Source: Gemmatimonadales bacterium
Lineage (GTDB): Bacteria > Gemmatimonadota > Gemmatimonadetes > Gemmatimonadales > GWC2-71-9
Reading direction: 5' to 3'
Assembly (NCBI GenBank): GCA_035501775.1
Contig: DATJVM010000092.1
Location: forward strand, 2,480-66,479
Length of the DNA stretch: 64,000 nucleotides
Shown here: one piece after another, positions 40,197 to 50,669 of the stretch
Position numbering within the stretch: position 1 is the stretch's first letter
How the letters are laid out: each line of letters starts with the position of its first letter
The notes under the pieces: generated by a model
The model's database searches: none
Seen by the model: the letters and a program-made list of their open reading frames with translations, nothing else
Told to the model about the DNA's origin: nothing
Position numbers and translations under genes: made by a program

Positions 40197-41516
40197 ATGT
40201 CCGGTTCCGCCGAGGTGTTGAGCGCGATTCGAGAGCTCACCACCAGCAAACAACTCGATCGCAACGAGCTGCTGGAGCTGCTCCGCGACGGGATCCAAGC
40301 GGCACTGGCCCGGCGGTACGGCCCCAACGTGCGCTTCGAGCTGGAGTTCGACGAGCTCAAGGGGGCGATCCGGATCATCCGCCTGCGTCAGGTTGTGGAG
40401 GCCGTGGAGGACCCGAGCTCCCAGATCTCCCTCGAAGAGGCCCAGTACGAGGACCCCGAGTTCGCCGTGGGCGACATGCTGGAGGAGGAGGTCCCCTTCG
40501 CGGAGTTTGGGCGGCTGGCGGTGCAGGCCGCGAAACAGCGGATCATCCAGCGGGTCCGGGAAGGGGAGCGCACCCGCATTCGCGACGAGTTCGCGAACAA
40601 GGTCGGGGAACTGCTGTCCGGCGAGGTGCAGCAGATCGAGCGCGGCAAGCTGGTCATCATGCTGAACAAGTTCCGCGAGGCGGAGGCGATCATTCCGTAT
40701 CGCGAGCAGAATCACCGGGAGAAGTTCCACCAGGGCGATACCATCCGCGCGGTGCTCAAGCGCCTCGAGGAGACGCCCAAGGGTCCGCGGCTGATCCTGT
40801 CCCGGGCGGATCCGCTCTTCGTGAAGGCGCTCTTCAAGCTCGAGGTGCCGGAGATCCAGCAGGCCATCGTGGATATCCGGGCCTGGGCCCGGGAGGTGGG
40901 CAGCCGCACCAAGATCGCCGTGATCTCCCGGGACGATGCGATCGACCCGGTGGGGGCCTGTGTCGGCCTCAAGGGGTCGCGGGTCCAAGCCGTGGTCAAT
41001 GAGCTTGGGGGCGAGCGGATCGACATCGTGCCCTGGTCGCCCGATCCGGAGCGCTTCGCCCGACTGGCCCTGGCCCCCGCGCGAGTCGCGAAGGTGTTCT
41101 CCGACCCCGCCAACAAGACCATCCAGGCCGTTGTCGACGAGGACCAGCTCTCCCTGGCAATCGGGCGGAACGGGCAGAACGTCCGGCTCGCCTCCGAGCT
41201 GACCGGGTGGAAGATCGACCTCTATTCCAGCCGGGAGTGGCTGGAACGCGGTGGGGAAGGCCCCCTCTTCGCGCCCCTCCCCCCGGAGGATGAAGCGGTC
41301 ATGCAGCTTCCCCTGTCGGAGCTCAAGGGGCTCTCGCCGGAACTGCTGGCCATCCTGAACGGCGCGGGGTATGAGAAACTCAAGGACGTGCTCGATCTCG
41401 AGCGCGAGGACATCGAACGCATTCCCGGGATGACGCCGGAACGGAGCGAGCAGCTGGTATCGTTCCTGGCGGAGCTGACCGAGGAAGGGAGCGAAGACGC
41501 CGGATCCACGGTCTGA
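40197..41516 (+). CDS. nusA: Transcription termination/antitermination factor NusA
   Basis: S1 and KH domains (VKGSRVQAVVNELGGERIDIV; AIGRNGQNVRLASELTGWKIDL). C-terminal acidic HhH repeat. Confidence 0.96.
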   Translation: MSGSAEVLSAIRELTTSKQLDRNELLELLRDGIQAALARRYGPNVRFELEFDELKGAIRIIRLRQVVEAVEDPSSQISLEEAQYEDPEFAVGDMLEEEVPFAEFGRLAVQAAKQRIIQRVREGERTRIRDEFANKVGELLSGEVQQIERGKLVIMLNKFREAEAIIPYREQNHREKFHQGDTIRAVLKRLEETPKGPRLILSRADPLFVKALFKLEVPEIQQAIVDIRAWAREVGSRTKIAVISRDDAIDPVGACVGLKGSRVQAVVNELGGERIDIVPWSPDPERFARLALAPARVAKVFSDPANKTIQAVVDEDQLSLAIGRNGQNVRLASELTGWKIDLYSSREWLERGGEGPLFAPLPPEDEAVMQLPLSELKGLSPELLAILNGAGYEKLKDVLDLEREDIERIPGMTPERSEQLVSFLAELTEEGSEDAGSTV

Positions 41517-41532
41517 GGCGCTGCTGCGACTG

Positions 41533-41829
41533 TTGGGGCTCGGGCTCCGCGCCCGGCAGGTGGTCGTGGGAGTCGATCAGGTCCGGGCTCAGCTCCAAGC
41601 CGGTCGGGTGCGGTGTGTGGTGGTAGCCGCGGATGTAAGTCCGCGGGCGCGGGAAAAAGTGTTACGGCTGGCGAGTGGCAGGGGCGTCCCGCTCCTGCCC
41701 GGACCGTCGGCAGAGGCGATCGGGGCCCGGCTCGGACGGCCGGCTATCATGGTCGCCGGTGTGTTGGACCGGGCGCTGGCTCAGGGGCTCGCCCAAGCGA
41801 GCCGAACCGGCGCCCCATTGGAGGCGTGA
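41533..41829 (+). CDS. L7Ae/YlxQ-like RNA-binding protein
   Basis: About 98 aa, between nusA and infB. GRVRCVVVAADVSPRAREKVLRLA is typical of the YlxQ/L7Ae family. TTG start. Confidence 0.65.
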   Translation: MGLGLRARQVVVGVDQVRAQLQAGRVRCVVVAADVSPRAREKVLRLASGRGVPLLPGPSAEAIGARLGRPAIMVAGVLDRALAQGLAQASRTGAPLEA

Positions 41830-44604
41830 GTGGTCAAGACCCGAGTCCACGATCTGGCAGCGGAGTTTGGCGTTCCGGCCGAGCAGCTCATGAGCATGCT
41901 CAAGGACATGAACATCTTCGTGCGGAGCCACATGTCTCCGCTCGAGGATAGTCAGGTGTCCGCCATCCGGGTGCGCTGGGAGCGGGAGAAGCGGAAGGCG
42001 GCCCAGGGGGCCGCAGAGGCGCCAGCCCGCAAGCGCACCAAGAAGGCGGCCAAGCCGGCACCCGAGGTCGAGCCCACAGCGGAGGGCGGAAAGCCGGTCC
42101 GTCGCCGGCGCACCGCAGCCGAGGTGGCGCAGGCCGAAGCGCAGGCAGAGGCGGAGCGGGCCGCGGAGGCGCTGCGCGCCGAGGCGCTCGAGCTGGCGCG
42201 CCCGGCGGAGCGGCGCGAGGAGTCCATGGTATCCGCCTCCCTCGAGGAACGGGCCCGGGCCCTGTTCAAGGACCTGCCCCCGCTGCCGGTCGAGGAAGCC
42301 CCGACCCTCCCCTCGGGGCCGCGCGAGGAGCGACCCGCCGGCTCCGCCGGGACGGAAGCGCCAGCCGTGCCGGCGCGTCCCAGCATCCCCTTGGGCCCGA
42401 GCGGCCTGCCCCGCATTCCCACGCGCATTCCCCGTCCGGTGGAGCGGCCCGGCGGCGAGGTTCCGCGGTTTCAGCGCCCCAAGCCGGTCTTCAGCTCCAG
42501 CTCGCCCGCCGGGCCGGGAACTCGCTCTGGCGGCGGGCCGCGCCCTGGGGGACCGCGCAGCGGTGGGCCGGCGACGCCGGTCGGGCCGGCTACGGGCGAG
42601 CGCGCCCGCACCTTCGGGCCCGACGCTGAGAAGGGCGCCGGCCGCCGAAAGGGAAAGAAGGGACGCAAGTCCTCGGTGGACCAGGAAGCAGTGCTGGCCA
42701 ACATCGAAAAGACGCTCGCGGGCATGCACCGCGGCTCGGTCAAGAAGGGTGTGCGCCGCGAGTCGAGCGGCTATCAGGAAGCCTTGGCCCGCGCCAAGGA
42801 GGAGCGCGAAGCGGAGAAGACCCGGGTCCGGGTCAATGAGTTCATCTCCGTCTCCGAACTGGCCGACTTGATGAAGGTGCCGGCCACCCAGATCGTGCAG
42901 CTCGCGTTCAAGGAACTGGGGCTCATGGTGACGGTCAATCAACGACTCGACTTCGACCAGATCGAGCTGATCGCCTCCGAATTCGGCTACCAGGCGATGA
43001 AGGAGGAGGAGTACGCGGCCCCGACGGCCCTGGCGGAGGAAACCGAAGTCGAAGAGAAGCTGGCGCCGCGCCCGCCGGTGGTCACCATCATGGGCCACGT
43101 GGACCACGGCAAGACTTCGCTGCTCGACTACATCCGCAAGTCCAACGTCGTGGCAGGGGAAGCGGGTGGCATCACCCAGCACATCGGCGCGTACCACGTC
43201 ACGCTCCCCAACGGCAAGAAGATCACCTTCCTCGATACGCCCGGGCACCAGGCCTTTACCGCGATGCGAGCCCGGGGCGCCCAGGTCACAGACATCGTGG
43301 TCCTCGTGGTGTCGGCCGAGGACGCGGTCATGCCCCAGACAGTCGAGGCGATCAGCCACGCCAAGAACGCCGGCGTGCCTATCATCGTGGCGATCAACAA
43401 GATCGATCTCCCCACCGCCAACATTCAGAAGGTGAAACAGGACCTCCTGGCGCACAACGTCGTGCTGGAGGAGTTCGGCGGCCAAGTGCTGTCGACGCCC
43501 ATCTCCGCCAAGAAGGGGACCGGCGTCGACAAGCTGCTCGAGCAGATCCTGCTGCAGGCGGAGATCCTCGACCTCAAGGCCAATCCGGATCGGGCGGCGA
43601 GCGGTACCGTCATCGAGGCGACCCTGGACCCCGGCAAGGGTCCCGTCGCCACGATCCTGGTGCAGAAGGGCACCCTGCACGTGGGCGACAACTTCATCTG
43701 CGGCAAGTTCTCAGGCCGGGTGCGGGCCCTGTTCGACGAGCGCGGCAAGAGCGTCAAGGAGGCCGGCCCGTCGATCCCCGTGCAGATCCTCGGCTTCGAG
43801 GGCACGCCGTCCCCGGGCGACAACTTCCTCGTTACCTCCGACGCGGTGGAGGCCCGCGAGATCGCCCAGAAGCGTCAGCGTCTCGAACGGGAAGCCCAGA
43901 ACCGCCGCACCGCGCGAGGTGGCTCGCTCGAGGATATCTCGCGGGCCCTGGCCCAGGGGCAGATGGGCGCCCTGCGCCTGATCATCAAGGCGGACCAGGG
44001 CGGGCCCGCGGAGGCGCTCGCCGACGCGCTCGGACAGCTGTCGACCGCCGAGGTCCGGGTGGACATCGTGCACCGGGGCGTCGGCTCCATCAGCGAGAGT
44101 GACGTCCTCCTCGCCAAGGCGTCGGGCGCGATCATCATCGGCTTCCACGTCCGGCCCGATGCGGGCGCGCGGGCGGCGGCCGAGCGGGAGCAGGTGGATG
44201 TGCGCAGCTACCGGGTGATCTACGAGGCCGTCGATGAGGTCCGTGCCGCCCTCGAGGGACTCCTCAAGCCCGAGTCGAAGGAGACCGTGCTGGGCGATGC
44301 GGTGGTGCTCCAGCTGTTCAAGGTAAGCCGAGTCGGGACCATCGCCGGCTGCCAGGTGAAGAACGGGGTCATCTTGCGCACCGGCAAGGCCCGGGTCCTG
44401 CGGGACGGAGTGCAGGTCTACGATGGAACTCTCGCCAGCCTCAAGCGGTTCAAGGACGACGTGCGCGAGGTCAAGGAAGGGCTGGAGTGCGGTATCGGCG
44501 TGGAGAACTTCAACGACCTCAAGGTCGGCGATGTGATCGAGTCCTATCGCGTCGAAGAGGTGAAGCGTACCCTCGGCGCCCCGGTGGGCACCGGAGCGGC
44601 GTGA
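41830..44604 (+). CDS. infB: Translation initiation factor IF-2
   Basis: GTG start directly after the previous stop. N-terminal [10 protein letters not shown]. Pro/Ala/Arg-rich linker. G domain [26 protein letters not shown]. Confidence 0.97.
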   Translation: MVKTRVHDLAAEFGVPAEQLMSMLKDMNIFVRSHMSPLEDSQVSAIRVRWEREKRKAAQGAAEAPARKRTKKAAKPAPEVEPTAEGGKPVRRRRTAAEVAQAEAQAEAERAAEALRAEALELARPAERREESMVSASLEERARALFKDLPPLPVEEAPTLPSGPREERPAGSAGTEAPAVPARPSIPLGPSGLPRIPTRIPRPVERPGGEVPRFQRPKPVFSSSSPAGPGTRSGGGPRPGGPRSGGPATPVGPATGERARTFGPDAEKGAGRRKGKKGRKSSVDQEAVLANIEKTLAGMHRGSVKKGVRRESSGYQEALARAKEEREAEKTRVRVNEFISVSELADLMKVPATQIVQLAFKELGLMVTVNQRLDFDQIELIASEFGYQAMKEEEYAAPTALAEETEVEEKLAPRPPVVTIMGHVDHGKTSLLDYIRKSNVVAGEAGGITQHIGAYHVTLPNGKKITFLDTPGHQAFTAMRARGAQVTDIVVLVVSAEDAVMPQTVEAISHAKNAGVPIIVAINKIDLPTANIQKVKQDLLAHNVVLEEFGGQVLSTPISAKKGTGVDKLLEQILLQAEILDLKANPDRAASGTVIEATLDPGKGPVATILVQKGTLHVGDNFICGKFSGRVRALFDERGKSVKEAGPSIPVQILGFEGTPSPGDNFLVTSDAVEAREIAQKRQRLEREAQNRRTARGGSLEDISRALAQGQMGALRLIIKADQGGPAEALADALGQLSTAEVRVDIVHRGVGSISESDVLLAKASGAIIIGFHVRPDAGARAAAEREQVDVRSYRVIYEAVDEVRAALEGLLKPESKETVLGDAVVLQLFKVSRVGTIAGCQVKNGVILRTGKARVLRDGVQVYDGTLASLKRFKDDVREVKEGLECGIGVENFNDLKVGDVIESYRVEEVKRTLGAPVGTGAA

Positions 44605-44654
44605 GCCAGGGCGCGGTGACGGCCCGGTTCCGGGATCGGTGAGGAAGCCGGCCG

Positions 44655-44936
44655 GTGCTGACCATGACGCAGACCTGGGATCTGCATCTCGAGGGATGCC
44701 ACTCCCTCAAGGACAAGCGGGCCATCATGCAGCGCCTCAAGGCCGAATTGCGCCGGCGCGCCAACGTAGCGGTGGCCGAAGTGGACCATCAGGACCTGTG
44801 GCAGCGCGCCGGCATCGCATGCGCGACCGTCGCCAGTGACCGGCGCGTGGCGGAGGAGACGCTGCGTGCGGCCGACCGGATGGTGGAGGAGACCGTCGGG
44901 GTGCGGATCATCGACACGGTGGTGACGGCGCGATGA
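44655..44936 (+). CDS. DUF503 (YlxP-like) protein
   Basis: About 93 aa. LHLEGCHSLKDKRAIMQRLKAELRRR is characteristic. Position between infB and rbfA. Confidence 0.75.
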   Translation: MLTMTQTWDLHLEGCHSLKDKRAIMQRLKAELRRRANVAVAEVDHQDLWQRAGIACATVASDRRVAEETLRAADRMVEETVGVRIIDTVVTAR

Positions 44937-45292
44937 GAGGCCCGCGGCACCGGCCGGATCAGGTGGCGGAATCGATCCGCCAGGTCATCGGCGACCTGCT
45001 GCTCACCGAGCTCCGCGACCCGCGAATCGGGTTCGTCACCGTGACCAGGGTCGAGGTCTCCAACGACCTCTCGGTGGCGCGGGTCTTCGTGAGCGTCATG
45101 GGAGAGGGCGTCGACCGCGAGGAGGCGCTGCGGGGGCTCGCCAGCGCCGCCGGCTTCCTGCGGGCGCGGGTCGCTCGGACCCTGACTTCCCGGATCGTTC
45201 CGGAGCTCCGGTTCGAACTGGATCGCGGGCTGGAGCACGCCGCGCGGATCAACGCGATCCTAGGAGACCTCCGATCGGAGAAGCCGTCCTGA
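44933..45292 (+). CDS. rbfA: Ribosome-binding factor A
   Basis: LLLTELRDPRIGFVTVTRVEVSNDLSVARVFVSV. ATGA overlap. Confidence 0.92.
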   Translation: MRGPRHRPDQVAESIRQVIGDLLLTELRDPRIGFVTVTRVEVSNDLSVARVFVSVMGEGVDREEALRGLASAAGFLRARVARTLTSRIVPELRFELDRGLEHAARINAILGDLRSEKPS

Positions 45293-45306
45293 TCGGCGCC
45301 CTGCTG

Positions 45307-46152
45307 GTGGACAAGCCCGCCGGTCTCACCAGCCATGACGTCGTTGCGCGAGTGCGCCGCGCGCTGGGGACCCGGAGCGTCGGTCATACCGGAACGCTGG
45401 ACCCGTTTGCCACCGGACTGCTGGTGGTGCTCGTGGGCAGAGCCACCCGGCTTGCTCGATACATCGAGCGTCAGGAGAAGACGTACGATGCAACGGCACG
45501 CCTCGGGGTCGCGACCACCACGGACGACCTGACCGGTGAGCCGCTCCCCAGCGAGAGACCGCCGGGGAGTCGGGTCCCCCCGCGGGAAGAAGTCGAGGCC
45601 GCGCTCAGTGCGTTGCAGGGCGCCTCGCGGCAGCGCCCACCGGTGTACTCGGCCAAGCACGTGGGCGGGGAGCGCAGCTACGCACGGGCGCGACGCGGAG
45701 ATCCGGTGGCCCTCGCCGACGTGGACATTGTCGTGCGGCAGGTAGAGCTGCTCGAGTACGCGTACCCCGATCTCCGGTTTCGGGCCACCGTCAGCGCGGG
45801 GACCTACCTCCGGGCGCTGGCCCGTGACCTGGGGGAGCGGCTCGGCAGCGCGGCACACCTGAGAGCGCTTCGCCGGGAGGCAATCGGCGCGTTGTCACTC
45901 AGCGACGCGGTCGCTCTCGATGAAGTCGATCGCGGTGCGCTTCGGCCACCCCTGGAGGTGCTCGGGCATCTCTTCCGAGTGGAGGTGTCCGATGCCGAGG
46001 CAGAGCAACTCGCGGTGGGGAAGGCGGTCGCGCTTGGTGCCCACGGCCAAGGCCCCGTCGCCGCGACGGCCCCCGACGGGCGCCTGGTTGCCGTGGGGGA
46101 GCTGCGGGACGGCGCCTTCCAGCCGGAGGTGGTGCTGGAGGCCCGCGGCTGA
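45307..46152 (+). CDS. truB: tRNA pseudouridine(55) synthase TruB
   Basis: VDKPAGLTSHDVV and GHTGTLDPFATGLLVVLVG catalytic motifs. The true start may be the in-frame CTG at 45289, which overlaps the rbfA stop. Confidence 0.9.
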   Translation: MDKPAGLTSHDVVARVRRALGTRSVGHTGTLDPFATGLLVVLVGRATRLARYIERQEKTYDATARLGVATTTDDLTGEPLPSERPPGSRVPPREEVEAALSALQGASRQRPPVYSAKHVGGERSYARARRGDPVALADVDIVVRQVELLEYAYPDLRFRATVSAGTYLRALARDLGERLGSAAHLRALRREAIGALSLSDAVALDEVDRGALRPPLEVLGHLFRVEVSDAEAEQLAVGKAVALGAHGQGPVAATAPDGRLVAVGELRDGAFQPEVVLEARG

Positions 46153-47102
46153 TGCGTCTCCTCCCGTCCCAGCCGGGGGGAATGGTGGTGACCGTCGGCA
46201 CCTTCGACGGCGTCCATCGCGGGCACATGGCGGTGCTGCGGGAAATCGCCAAGCGGGCGGAGGCGACCGGTCGCAAGAGCGTGCTGGTGACCTTCGAACC
46301 GCACCCGCTGGAGGTCGTGAATCCGGAGGCGGCCCCGCACCTCCTCACCACCGGGCCGGAGCGGCGCGAGATCCTGGCGTTGACAGCGCTCGACTACGTG
46401 GTGTTCCTGCGGTTCGATCGTCGCCTCGCGGCGTACTCGCCCGAGCAGTTCGTGCGGGAGGTCCTGATCGGGCGATGTGGAATGACTGAACTGGTGATCG
46501 GCCACGACCACGGCTTCGGGCGCGGCCGCAGTGGGGACGTCGAGACCCTGCGCCGCCTGGGAGTGAGCGACGGCTTCCAGGTCGACGTGGTCGGCGTGGT
46601 GGGGATGGACGGGCACCCCGTGTCGAGCACCGCGATCCGGCGGGCGGTAGCCGGCGGGGACCTGCGGACGGCGGCCCGTCTGCTGGGCCGGCCCTACACG
46701 CTGAGTGGGCGGGTCCTTCCCGGCCAGGGGCGCGGCCGCACGCTCGGCATCCCCACCATCAACGTGGGGGAGTACAGCGAGCGGAAACTGCTCCCGCCCG
46801 ATGGGGTGTACGCGGCTTACGTGGAATGGGCCGGGGGACGGAGCCCCGGCATGCTCAACCAGGGGCCGCGACCCACCTTCGGCGAGGTGCGTCGGAGCGT
46901 CGAGGTTCACCTGTTCGGAGTCGACGCCGACCTGTACGGGCAGTGGGTCCGGGTGGAGTGGGTCGAACGGCTCCGCGACGTGCAGCGGTTTGCCTCGGTG
47001 GATGAACTCGTGCAGCAACTGCAGCGGGACCGTGCCATGGCGATCGACGCGCTCGCCCGGCACGCAGCCCCCATGGACCAGAGCCGCGCGTCCCATGCCT
47101 GA
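46152..47102 (+). CDS. ribF: Bifunctional riboflavin kinase / FMN adenylyltransferase
   Basis: VVTVGTFDGVHRGH. C-terminal kinase GRTLGIPTINV ... VEVHLF. Confidence 0.93.
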   Translation: MRLLPSQPGGMVVTVGTFDGVHRGHMAVLREIAKRAEATGRKSVLVTFEPHPLEVVNPEAAPHLLTTGPERREILALTALDYVVFLRFDRRLAAYSPEQFVREVLIGRCGMTELVIGHDHGFGRGRSGDVETLRRLGVSDGFQVDVVGVVGMDGHPVSSTAIRRAVAGGDLRTAARLLGRPYTLSGRVLPGQGRGRTLGIPTINVGEYSERKLLPPDGVYAAYVEWAGGRSPGMLNQGPRPTFGEVRRSVEVHLFGVDADLYGQWVRVEWVERLRDVQRFASVDELVQQLQRDRAMAIDALARHAAPMDQSRASHA

Positions 47103-47108
47103 ATCACC

Positions 47109-48779
47109 ATGATCATCACGTCTCTCAAGCAGCGACTTGCGATCATCGCGGCGCTGATCATCACCTCGATCATCTCTCTCATCCCGCGCGACGTCACGCT
47201 GCGGGAACGGGAGCCCGACGGCATCATCCACGACACCACCGTCAAGCGGGACCCGCTCAAGTTGGGACTCGACCTCAAGGGCGGCATGCACCTGGCCCTC
47301 GAGCTGGATCAGTCCAAGAAGGTGTCCGCCGACCCCGCCAAGGACATCGATCTGGCCCTGACGGTGCTGCGCAAGCGGATCGACGAGTTCGGGGTGACCG
47401 AGCCATTGATCCAGAAGCAAGGGGACGACCGTATCGTGGTCGAGCTGGCCGGCATCGACGATCCGGGCCGGGCCCGTCAGATCGTCCAGCGCAGCGCCTT
47501 CCTGGAATTCCGCATGACCGATCACAGCCAGGCCTTGGAGAAGGCGCTGCCCGCGATGGACCGGGCGCTGCAGCGCATGGGGGTCAAGGCGGTCGGCGTG
47601 GCGGCGGCGGGCGGGGCGCCGGCCACTCCGAGTCCTGTGACCGAGCTGCTCAAGAGCGACACGGGGAAGAAGAAGGACACCACCACCGCGGACACCGGGG
47701 TGGTCGTCGGGGGGCCGCTGTCGAGTCTGATACTCACCTCCGCCTCGGCCGGCTACGGTCTCGTGCCCGGAGAGTACCTGGTCGAGGAAGGCGCGGTGCC
47801 GCGGGTCGACAGTCTCCTCAACCTCCCCGAGATCAAGTCCCTCTTCCCGCGCCACTATGACTGGCGGTGGGGCAATGTGCCGATCTCGGTGGGCGCCAAG
47901 AGCTATCGCCCGGGCTACGTGCTGGAGGACCGCCCCATCGTGACGGGGAGCAGCCTGGTCGATGCGAAGGAGGAGATCGACCCGCTCACTAACGGCCCGA
48001 TCGTCACCTTCGAGCTGGACCGCAAGGGAGCCCGGGACTTCGGGGAGGGAACGGGGAGGAACGTCGGGAACTACATGGCGATCGTTCTCGATGACCGGGT
48101 GCAGGGGCGTCCGCCGGTCATTCAGGAGCGCATCGAGCGGCGCGGCCAGATCACGCTGACCGGTCGCACCATCCAAGAGGCCCGGGACCTGGCGCTGACG
48201 TTGAAGGCCGGCGCGTTGCCGGTCCCGCTCAAGATTGTCGAGGAACGGCAGGTGGGAGCCAGCCTGGGGGCGGACTCGATCCGCAAGGGAATCACGGCGG
48301 GCGTGGTGGGGACGGTTCTGGTGGTTCTCATCATGATCGGCTACTACGCCTTCAGTGGTCTACTGGCGGTGGTCGGGTTGTTTCTCTACTTCCTCTTCAC
48401 GCTGGGCGCCCTCGCGATGCTCGACGCCACCCTGACCCTTCCCGGGCTGGCCGGCCTGGTGCTCTCGGTCGGCATCGCGGTGGATGCGAATGTGCTGATC
48501 TTCGAACGGATCCGCGAGGAGCTCGCCTTGGGGAAGACCACGCGCCTTGCCTCCGACGAGGGCTTCAAGCGGGCCATGAATGCCATCGTGGACTCCAACG
48601 TCTGCGCCGTGGTCACGGCGCTCTTTCTCTACGAATTCGGGACGGGACCGGTCCGTGGCTTCGCGGTGACGCTGATCATCGGCACATTGGCCTCGATGGT
48701 GACGGCCATCTTCGTCACCCGCACCTTCTTCCTGATCTGGCTGTCCAAGCGACCCGCGGCAGCCCCGCTGAGCATCTGA
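47109..48779 (+). CDS. secD: Protein translocase subunit SecD
   Basis: LKLGLDLKGGMHLALE, and a C-terminal 5-TM block with VGIAVDANVLIFERIREE. Confidence 0.94.
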   Translation: MIITSLKQRLAIIAALIITSIISLIPRDVTLREREPDGIIHDTTVKRDPLKLGLDLKGGMHLALELDQSKKVSADPAKDIDLALTVLRKRIDEFGVTEPLIQKQGDDRIVVELAGIDDPGRARQIVQRSAFLEFRMTDHSQALEKALPAMDRALQRMGVKAVGVAAAGGAPATPSPVTELLKSDTGKKKDTTTADTGVVVGGPLSSLILTSASAGYGLVPGEYLVEEGAVPRVDSLLNLPEIKSLFPRHYDWRWGNVPISVGAKSYRPGYVLEDRPIVTGSSLVDAKEEIDPLTNGPIVTFELDRKGARDFGEGTGRNVGNYMAIVLDDRVQGRPPVIQERIERRGQITLTGRTIQEARDLALTLKAGALPVPLKIVEERQVGASLGADSIRKGITAGVVGTVLVVLIMIGYYAFSGLLAVVGLFLYFLFTLGALAMLDATLTLPGLAGLVLSVGIAVDANVLIFERIREELALGKTTRLASDEGFKRAMNAIVDSNVCAVVTALFLYEFGTGPVRGFAVTLIIGTLASMVTAIFVTRTFFLIWLSKRPAAAPLSI

Positions 48780-48780
48780 T

Positions 48781-49752
48781 ATGCGCAAACTCTTCACCAA
48801 CACGTCGATCGACTTCGTCGGGGTCCGCCGCTACGCGTTCGGCCTGACCGGGATGCTGTTCATTCCCGGGTTGATCCTGCTCCTCACCCGGGGACTCAAC
48901 TACAGCATCGAGTTCACCGGCGGCACCCTGGTCCAGGTCCGGAGCCAGGTCCCCGTCGATGCCGGTGCGGTGCGTAACGGGCTCGATGCCGAAGGAGTCC
49001 ACGGGGCGGAGATCCAGTCCTTCGGGGCTCCCAACGAATTCGTGGTTCGCGCCCGAACCGCCAAGGTGGGCACCGACGCGGACAATACCCAGGCCACCGC
49101 GGCTGCTGTGGGCACCGCGCTCGACCGCGTGATCGGTGCCGGCAAGTACACGATCGAACGGACCGAGGCCGTGGGGCCCAAGGTAGGCGGCGAGCTTCGG
49201 ACCAAGGCCCTGCTCGCGATCTTCTACAGCTTCCTCGCCGTACTGGTGTACCTGGCCTACCGGTTTGAATGGCGGTTCGGGCTGGCCGCGATCTGCGCCA
49301 CGGCGCACGACGTGCTCGGCACGATCATGTTCATCAGTCTCATGCACTTCGAAGTGAGCCTCTTCGTGGTCGGCGGCGTCTTGTCGGTGCTCGGCCTTTC
49401 GCTCAACGAAACGATCATCATCTTCGACCGGGTCCGGGAGAACGAGAAGAAGCGTGTCCCCGGAACGCTGCCGCAGGTGCTGAACCTTTCGATCAACGAG
49501 ACACTGCCCCGGACCGTACTTACCCACGGCACCTCGCTCTCCACCATGCTCACGCTGATCATCTTCGGCGGGGAAGTGATTCGGCCGTTCGCCCTGGTCA
49601 TGTTTTTCGGAGTCTTCACCGGCATCTTCTCGTCGATGTACATCGCCCCTTCGGCGCTGATGCTGATCCGGCGGCGCTGGCCCCCTCCGAGCAAGCCGGG
49701 GGTCAAACCCGCGAAGGCTCCGGCGCGAGGCCAAGCCCAGCCGGTGGGGTAA
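48781..49752 (+). CDS. secF: Protein translocase subunit SecF
   Basis: IDFVGVRRYAF, GLNYSIEFTGGT, IIFDRVRENE. Confidence 0.94.
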   Translation: MRKLFTNTSIDFVGVRRYAFGLTGMLFIPGLILLLTRGLNYSIEFTGGTLVQVRSQVPVDAGAVRNGLDAEGVHGAEIQSFGAPNEFVVRARTAKVGTDADNTQATAAAVGTALDRVIGAGKYTIERTEAVGPKVGGELRTKALLAIFYSFLAVLVYLAYRFEWRFGLAAICATAHDVLGTIMFISLMHFEVSLFVVGGVLSVLGLSLNETIIIFDRVRENEKKRVPGTLPQVLNLSINETLPRTVLTHGTSLSTMLTLIIFGGEVIRPFALVMFFGVFTGIFSSMYIAPSALMLIRRRWPPPSKPGVKPAKAPARGQAQPVG

Positions 49753-49780
49753 TGCGGCGGCGCATGGTGGCGCGGCGCGC

Positions 49781-50554
49781 GTGCTAGTCGATTCGCATTG
49801 CCACCTGACGGCGGAGCAGTTCGCCGGAGATCGCGCCGCGGTGCTGGAACGCGCGTGGGCGGCCGGGCTCGGGCACATCGTCGTGATCGGGGAGTCACCC
49901 GGAGCGGCGGCGGAGGCCTTGCGCCTCGCCGCGGATGAACCGCGCCTGTCAGCGACGGCCGGGATCCACCCCCATGACGCCGCTACCTGGACGCCCGACA
50001 GCGAACTCTGGCTCCGCCGCGCCCTCGCAGATGAGCGCGTCGTCGCCGCCGGCGAGATGGGGCTCGATTATCACTACGACCACTCGCCCCGTGACCGGCA
50101 ACGGGAGGCGTTCGACCGCCAGCTGGCGCTGGCAGCCGAGGCCGGGAAAGCCGCCGTCATACACGCGCGTGAGGCCGACCAGGACGTCGCCGCCATCCTG
50201 GCCAACCATTCTGGCGCCACCATCGTGCTGCACAGCTTCTCCGGCGGCCCGACGCTGCTGAGCGCGGCGCTCGACCACGGCTACTATGTGTCGTTCAGCG
50301 GGATGGTGACCTTCGGGAACTGGGGACGGGATGACGCGGTGCGTGCCGTCCCCCGCGAACGCCTGCTGCTCGAGACCGACGCCCCGTACCTGGCCCCGGT
50401 CCCTCACCGGGGCCGGCGCTGCGAACCGGGCTTCGTGCGGCACACCGCGGACCGGGTGGCGCTGGTGCGGGGCGAGCCGATCGACGAGCTCGTGGCCCGG
50501 ACCGCCGAGAATGCCCGGCGAGTCTTCGGGGTGCGGGTCGGCCAGCGTCCTTAG
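49781..50554 (+). CDS. TatD-family metal-dependent hydrolase
   Basis: VDSHCHL, GEMGLDYHYD, VIHAREA, LLLETDAPYLAP motifs. GTG start. Confidence 0.9.
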   Translation: MLVDSHCHLTAEQFAGDRAAVLERAWAAGLGHIVVIGESPGAAAEALRLAADEPRLSATAGIHPHDAATWTPDSELWLRRALADERVVAAGEMGLDYHYDHSPRDRQREAFDRQLALAAEAGKAAVIHAREADQDVAAILANHSGATIVLHSFSGGPTLLSAALDHGYYVSFSGMVTFGNWGRDDAVRAVPRERLLLETDAPYLAPVPHRGRRCEPGFVRHTADRVALVRGEPIDELVARTAENARRVFGVRVGQRP

Positions 50555-50669
50555 ACGCGCTTCACGACCGGTTCACATCGGGAATGCAGATTAGTCGTGA
50601 CCGGGCCCCGCGGCGGGGAGCCGGGCTCCACAACGCGGTTCACCTCTCTCGATGGGGAAGATTGTCGCC

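Noticed and set aside
45804-48176. 790-aa minus-strand ORF
   Set aside because: It is antisense to truB, ribF and secD, all motif-supported. It is a shadow ORF.
50555-50669. Possible ZTP (pfl) or other folate-related riboswitch in the fhs leader. It has a GTCGTGACCGG box, a CACGAC/GTCGTG stem and a duplicated GGTTCAC.
   Set aside because: fhs is a classic ZTP-riboswitch target and GTCGTGAC resembles the P1 region. However, I could not find the obligatory 3' CCGCCUGGGCA-type pseudoknot segment or the P1 closing strand. Infernal/Rfam would settle it. On sequence alone there is not enough support.
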